Assembly: GCF_009914755.1 (NCBI RefSeq)
Contig: NC_060931.1
Reading direction: 5' to 3' (one strand)
Length of the DNA: 64,000 bases
From: the human T2T-CHM13v2.0 reference genome, Homo sapiens
The position numbers and the translations under genes were made by a program. The notes under the pieces were generated by a model. The model was not told where the DNA came from. It ran no database searches and saw only the letters and a program-made list of their open reading frames with translations. Shown here piece by piece: positions 53,791 through 64,000 of this stretch (position 1 is the stretch's first letter; each line of letters opens with the position of its first letter).

Positions 53791-56501
53791 TAATGATAAT
53801 AAATAGCTGTGTATTTTGGAGAAATGGGTGCAGCCGGGTGTATGGCCTTCTGCTCCTTGTGGGACCACAAGGGCATGTTCTTGCTTTGGAAGGGAGGGTC
53901 ACATTCAGGGCGAGGGTGCGGTGGTGGCTCTGCAGCCCCAGCGGTGCAGGTTCTGGGCTGGTCTGCACGGGCCACGATGCTGTTCATAGAAGCTGAGCTC
54001 AGCTGGAGCCACCAGTTCCCACCACTGAGAATTACAGCCATTCCACGTCGTGGATTTTTCCCATTTGTTTTCAGCTTGTTGTGACTCTTGTTCCTTCTCC
54101 TCGTCTGTGTAGTTCCTTCTGGGTAGAGATGTGTCTGTCCGCATTACCTGTCGACACCGTCCTAGCCACTGGGTTCTGGGAAGCCCCATCACGGTGCCTG
54201 AGCTTCACGGAGTTGCAGAGCAGCCTGGCTTTAGAGAACGCTTAGAGAAGATGGAGATGGATGGAGACGGCTGTCCATCAGCTGTGCAGGGCCAAGCTGG
54301 GCCTGGATCCTACTTAGTCTCTCTGACTTCTTCTACTCAAGCATGATGTCCGTTCCTGATGCCTTGCCCCGGGCAGCATGTGCCCAGCTCTGTTCAGGAA
54401 GCGTTGTGCTGGTGTGCCCTCCTGGGTCCCGACACCTGGGGGTGTTTTCACAGGGTGGGAAGGCTGAGTGTCCTGGGAAGCGTCCATGGGATGTATCAGT
54501 CAGGGAGGCTGGGCGCAGTAATAAACACGCCCAGAGTGGAAGGGCTTCCTGTGAGAGGGTGTGGCAGTCCGGGGGTGGGTCCCAGCCAGCCGCCAGCTCT
54601 CCCTGGAGTGATTCCTGGATGTTGAGGAGGGAGAGATCTGGAGTTAAGGAAGATGTGACTTTCTCAGTGGCCCTCAGACGTCTTGGCAAGTGAAGAGTGT
54701 GAAGAGGTGTGCCCCATCCCATGGCCACTGGAGAACTGGCAGAAGCTCCTAGAGCAGTTGGATGGGGAGATCAGAGTGGGTCTCAAGAGTGCCACTCCTC
54801 GGCATTGTGTGGATGGGCGGTAGTGAGAATAATTACTAAGGGCGTCACACCCTCTCGTATCTGCATCACCCATAAGGGGTGGGCAGTGGTGCTGCCGTGT
54901 CTTGTCAGGAGGCCAGCTCTGTGTCACCCACCAGGCTGGGCTCAGCCACAAGTCGGCAACGTAGTGCCTCCAGGGCAGATGCCACGGACCGTAGAGAAGC
55001 AACACAAGGTCAGAGAGAAAAGATTGCGGCCGGCCGGTGTCAAGGCGGGGGACCTGTGAGCTGGGCCTGGAGCTGAGGCAGAACTTGATGGACTATGACT
55101 CCAGGTTGAGATGGGGCAGGGACTCCGGGGGAGGGGCAGAGGGCAGGTGCCGCCGAGCAGGAGGGAGGACGCGGCAGGTCACAGAGCCCACCAAGTCCGA
55201 AGCTGGAAGTTCAGATTCTTTGATATTCAGAGGTGGATCATCTGTGCTTTTTTTTTTTTATCAGTCTCTCACTTTTTATCCATCATCTAATTGTGACAGC
55301 TTATTTGCCTTTATACCATAAGATGGGGAGTAGGGTTGAGATGAAATCCAAGCATCGTTTCCCTTCCCCGATGGTCGCCTCCCTGGGGTGAGATGTTCGA
55401 TGTGTCAGACTTCACCAAGAGCATCTCCCGCCTCGGTGCAGTAATGGACTTGGAAACGATTTACTCCGGCACTTGGTTCCTGTCTCCATAAATGCGGCTG
55501 CTTTAAAGGGAATGTAAAAAGGGCTGTAAATTGGTATTGATTGCCGGTGGTCTTGAAGAACCCCAACTGAGGATTGACCGTTCCTTGGAGTGAAGGCTCC
55601 GCATTCAGACGCCTTTCGCCTTACGTCATCATAATTGAGAAGGGAAAGGAGACGTGTTAGTTTCAGTCTGATTATTTACCATCAAGGCATAAACACTTCT
55701 CAGAGGCAGCTGAACCCATTTGTCCTGCCCCGCGTGCTTATTTGAGAAGGAACACGGAGAGTTGTTAGAATCAAACCACCGCTCTCTGAATTCTGGGTGT
55801 ATTATTGCAGTCTCGAAAAGACTGGTCATGTTTGTCTTTAAGTGTACCAGCGATCAGGCTTCTCATTTTACACCTCAAGGGTTTCCGATCCTCTTACCTC
55901 GCTCATCTGTTGCCCTCTCAGATAGGAGATACTTGGTTCTGTTTATGCTGCAGAGTGTGTTCAAATCCGTTTATGATTAAATACTGCTCAAACAGCCAGG
56001 GCAGGGTTTATTGACACACAGCGGCGTGATGAGGATGGAGTGGTAGGGGATGAATCATTGCTCTCTGTTCTGTTTATTTCCAGTTGACAAGAGGTGACAT
56101 TTATTTTTAAATCGTGCTCAGAGCTCTGTGACTTCTGCAGAACTCCAAACGAGATTTCATTTTTAAAATACATTAAAGAGGGGCGATAATGACCAATGCC
56201 GGCAAAGGGGGCATGCCTTCTTCCTGGCCCCCTTAGGCCGATAACTCCACATCTGGAGCTCATAGATAACTTTGGTTCAGGTCATTTAATCCAAGTACAT
56301 TTGTGGCTTGAAAAAAGAATTCTTTTCCTGCCTTATTAATTTGCTAGTTACTTACATTTTGAAATAGTCAACAAAGTTCATAGCTGTGGTCACAGCCCAT
56401 TGTGTAATTTTAAAGTCGTTGAAAATTATTATTTCTTTTCTGTACTGATCGTAACAGTGCTCTGTGCCAGGCCCCAAGCTAGGCTCTGGGGTTGGGGCGG
56501 G

Positions 56502-57765
<1,264 letters not shown>

Positions 57766-58305
57766 CTCTTTTCACTTTGAAAGGAAAAGTTTAGGTTTAA
57801 AGACATTACTTTTGTGTGTCAAAGTAGGAGTGCGTGCTTGCTTTGCTTTGTTTTTTCAAGGCTCATCTTAAGGATTTTGGCTTACGTATTTTCTAAGTAG
57901 GCGTTACATTCCCGCGGTTCAAAACTCAAAAGGTATGCGGTTAAAAATTTTGTTTTGGTTTTTTTTCCTCTCTCTCATCTCAGTTTCCCTCCTTAGAGAA
58001 TCAGTTCCCAGCGTCTTGCAAAGGAAGGGCATAAAACCCAGATGTTTTGTCCACCTGAGTCCGATTTCTCCAGAGAGCTGCGATGAGCATCATGCTTTTG
58101 TGTGCTTTTGGGAAGTCTGCGTGCACGTGGAGTTGTGTGTATTCAGGGAGTGTCTTGTTGTAACGTGGTTCTGCATCTTTTTCTTGGTACAGAACAGAAG
58201 CCACACACCAGCGACAATCAGAGGTTACATAGGCTTGGGGCGTAGCTTTTCTGATCAGATGAGTTTCACGGCTTTAGTACAGAAAATATTCAAAGCCAGT
58301 GCAGC

Positions 58306-58480
58306 TGGAATTGTGATATAGTGCACGGTGGAATTGTGATACGGTACATGGTGGAACTGTGACGATACGGGGCACGGTGGAACTGTGGCGATACGGGGCA
58401 CGGTGGAACTGTGGCGATACGGGGCACGGTGGAACTGTGATGATATCGGGCATGGCGAAATTGTGATACGGTGCATGGTG
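58306..58480. repeat. Minisatellite, 7 units of 23/26 bp (tggaactgtggcgatacggggcacgg)
   Basis: Unit lengths 23,23,26,26,26,26,23. Confidence 0.93.
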
Positions 58481-59167
58481 TTTTGTTTCAAGGAGAGATC
58501 GTAAGTCATGGCTTCAGTTTGCTGGCAAAGTGTGTCTCAGAGTGAAGCCGATAGGATCAAGCCCAAGTGTTCAGGGCGCTCAGCTGTGGGTGGCCCGTGT
58601 ACAGGAATGGGATCGCACGGTGGTCCAGATCGTCTGTGCACCCATCCTTGCCCTGCCTCCCTCCTTCTAGGGGGTTGGCTGGAACTCGGGCCCCGCTGGC
58701 CGGCGGTAGGAGCTGGAATGCCCGAGCTCTGAGAAGCTCTTCATCTATCAGCAGTCAGCTTTCCACTTAAGCAGAGCCAAGTTTAGAATGAATGAATAGG
58801 ATATTTTGAAATGCTCTGGTGTTGTGAAATACGGAACTTGGCGAGTTCTTGCGGCCATCCCTTTTGTTCCCTGCTGTGACTGACTGGCAGGAACCTGGGC
58901 TTGTCAAGTCAGTCTGTAGTGCACGCCGTTAGATTGGTTGTCATTGGCCAAGCCAGCTCCGGGCACCCTGAGGTTCCCTCACAGCGAATCCACCGAAGAG
59001 CGCTCCCATCCACAGCCGGCTCTTTGAATACTTAAAGAAATGTAGGAAAAGCAAAACTCACAAGACAATCCTTCCAGCCACTGGTCACAGGATGGCCGTT
59101 GCTGAACTTCAACATTGGCCACCAATATCTGCTGTCTGTGCTTAAAGGATCAAAAATGCAGACCTCA

Positions 59168-59745
<578 letters not shown>

Positions 59746-60156
59746 ACAAACCAGCAGAATGGGCCACCTCCAAAAAGCCAGTACAGTGGGAGGGGCCCCA
59801 GACATGTCACTGTGGCCTGCTGTGGCCACGGGCAGGGCCAGAGCCTGAGCCTGGGTCCTTCTCAAGACCCAGTGCTGCTCTTGGAAGCGGCTGAGTACAG
59901 AGGCCAGTGAGGGCACAGCAGGTTCCGGGTGGAGGTGCTCCTTGGAAGCTGTGTGAGAGGGGCTGTGGGTGTCTCCATTTTACTGGTTTGGAGCTGGCTT
60001 ACATAGGCGTCACAAAACAGATGTCTACAAGTTTTCATTTTATGAACTATTTTAAGCTGATTGCTTGATTTTTCTTTATCTTAATAGAGATTAAAATTGG
60101 TTGGTTTGTGTCTGGCTTGTATGTGCAGCACATCCCCAGGTGAAGGGCAAGTTGTA

Positions 60157-60830
60157 CGTGGTGGGAGGCGCATGGCTGGGAGGCGTGTGGCTGGGAGGTG
60201 GTGGCTGGGAGGCGCGTGGCTGGAAGGTAGTGGTGGGAGGCGTGTGGCTGGGAGGCACGTGGCTGGGAGGTGGCTGGGAGGCGTGTGGCTGGAATGTGGT
60301 GGCGGGAGGCACGTGGTTGAGAGGTGCGTGGCTGGGAAGGCATATGGCTGGAAGGTGGTAGCGGGAGGCGTGTGGATGGAAGGTGATGGTGGGAGGTGCA
60401 TGACTGGGAGGTGTGTGGCTGGGAGGCATGTGGCTGGAAGGTGGTGGCGAGAGGCATGTGGCTGGAAGGTGGTGGCGGGAGGCATATGGCTGGAAGGTGG
60501 TAGCAGGAGGCGTGTGGATGGGAGGTGGTGGCGGGAGGTGCGTGACTGGGGAGGTGTGTGGCTGGGAGGCATGTGGCTGGAAGATGGTGGCGGGAGGCAT
60601 ATGGCTGGAAGGTGGTAGCGGGAGGTGTGTGGATGGAAGGTGGTGGTGGGAGGTGCATGACTGGGAGGTGTGTGGCTGGGAGGCATGTGGCTGGGAGGCG
60701 TATGGCTGGGAGGTGCCTGGCTGGGAGGCACGTGGCTGGGAGGCAGTGGCAGGAGGTGCATGGCTGGGAAGCAAGTGTCTGGGCTGCGTAGCTGTAAGGC
60801 AAGTGTCTGTGAAGCGCATGACGGGAGGTA
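60157..60830 (+). repeat. G-rich minisatellite (~15-bp unit gtggctgggaggcrt) with higher-order blocks
   Basis: Tens of ggctgggagg/ggctggaagg units. Confidence 0.95.
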
Positions 60831-61599
60831 CTCCACCCTAGCCCCAGAGGCAGGGCCCTTCCCTGCACCTGACCTCACTGCCCGCCTGGTCCTGGTGGCC
60901 TCCTTGTCTCTCTGAGCATTGCAGCTTCATCTGCACGAGGAGGCGCTTGAACCCTGCCTCTGAATGCTGTTTCTTCTGAAGCTTTGCTGCACCGTGTATG
61001 TTTAGTTACAAACACACTAGTCCATGCTCCAGGTGAAGACCGACCACCGCCGTGTGTTGCCCGCGTCTTTGGGCTCTGGTCTCAGATTGGGTGATGGTTT
61101 TCTATTGTAAAAGTGGGAGAATATTAAGCATTTTTGCCTCGTCACGTTTTCTTCCTGATAAATGTCCACAGACCCTGGTTTATGGTTTTTTACTCCCCCT
61201 GTGTGCCATTTCAGTGTTGAAGGAAAGGAAAGTGGGGGTCGCTGCCTCTGGGGGCCCTGTTGCCCGTGTTCCCACCAGCTCCATGGACACACTTTCCATT
61301 TGGAAACAATCACAGATTCACAAGGAGCAGCAGACGTGTTGCAGAGGTCCCTGCACAGCCCACCAGCCTCCTCCGACGCGTCCATCAGCATCACAGCCGG
61401 GAAGTTGGCATCGGTGCGCTGTGTGTGGTTCCGTCATCTCATCCCGTGTGGCTCTGCGACCGCCACCTCGGTCACCACGCAGAGCCATCCCCACCGTGGC
61501 GGCCACGCAGCCATTGTAACCCTGGAAACCAGTAAATGCGTCTCCATGGCTGCAGGCCTGTCGTTATGAGAAGGTTTCAGAAGCGGGCTCGTCCGCAGC

Positions 61600-64000
<2,401 letters not shown>

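Noticed and set aside
58306-58480. CRISPR-like periodicity and lac-operator-like tggaattgtga
   Set aside because: No unique spacers, no cas genes, eukaryotic context; the 11-nt lacO match does not extend to gcggataacaatt.
60157-60830. PRDM9 hotspot motif (reverse unit cctcccagccac versus CCTCCCTNNCCAC)
   Set aside because: One base short of the 13-mer; no exact match found by eye. A PWM scan would be needed.
60047-60915. Repetitive 240-270-aa ORFs
   Set aside because: Translations of the G-rich minisatellite.

Overview
Primate (almost certainly human) genomic DNA, very Alu-dense, centred on a CpG-island promoter. The only supported protein-coding segment is exon 1 of FOXK1 (ATG 25508 to splice donor after 26067, + strand; N-terminal Sin3-interacting region, Ala/Pro tracts, most of the FHA domain). 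Positions 1-25.1 kb are upstream intergenic sequence; 26068-64000 is intron 1, and I find no exon 2 in the window. Intron 1 contains a retroposed U13 (SNORD13) snoRNA copy with target-site duplications (TSDs). The rest is layered mobile DNA (roughly 70 Alu/FLAM pieces, old L1M, L2, MIR, MLT1/LTR41/LTR16-like LTRs, and hAT/mariner fossils MER1A, MER5A, MER81, MER3, MER58A, MADE2, Charlie1) plus micro- and minisatellites. Nearly all other ORFs in the track are Alu or low-complexity artefacts. I see no convincing new multi-gene system. The best leads are small-scale: a GGAA/polypurine block upstream of the promoter, an intronic nuclear-receptor half-site array with one perfect ERE, a possible ~40-bp retro-insert hidden under two nested Alus, Alu inversion scars, and tandem duplications anchored on Alu junctions. 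Repeat family names come from recalled consensus sequences and repeat boundaries are approximate.
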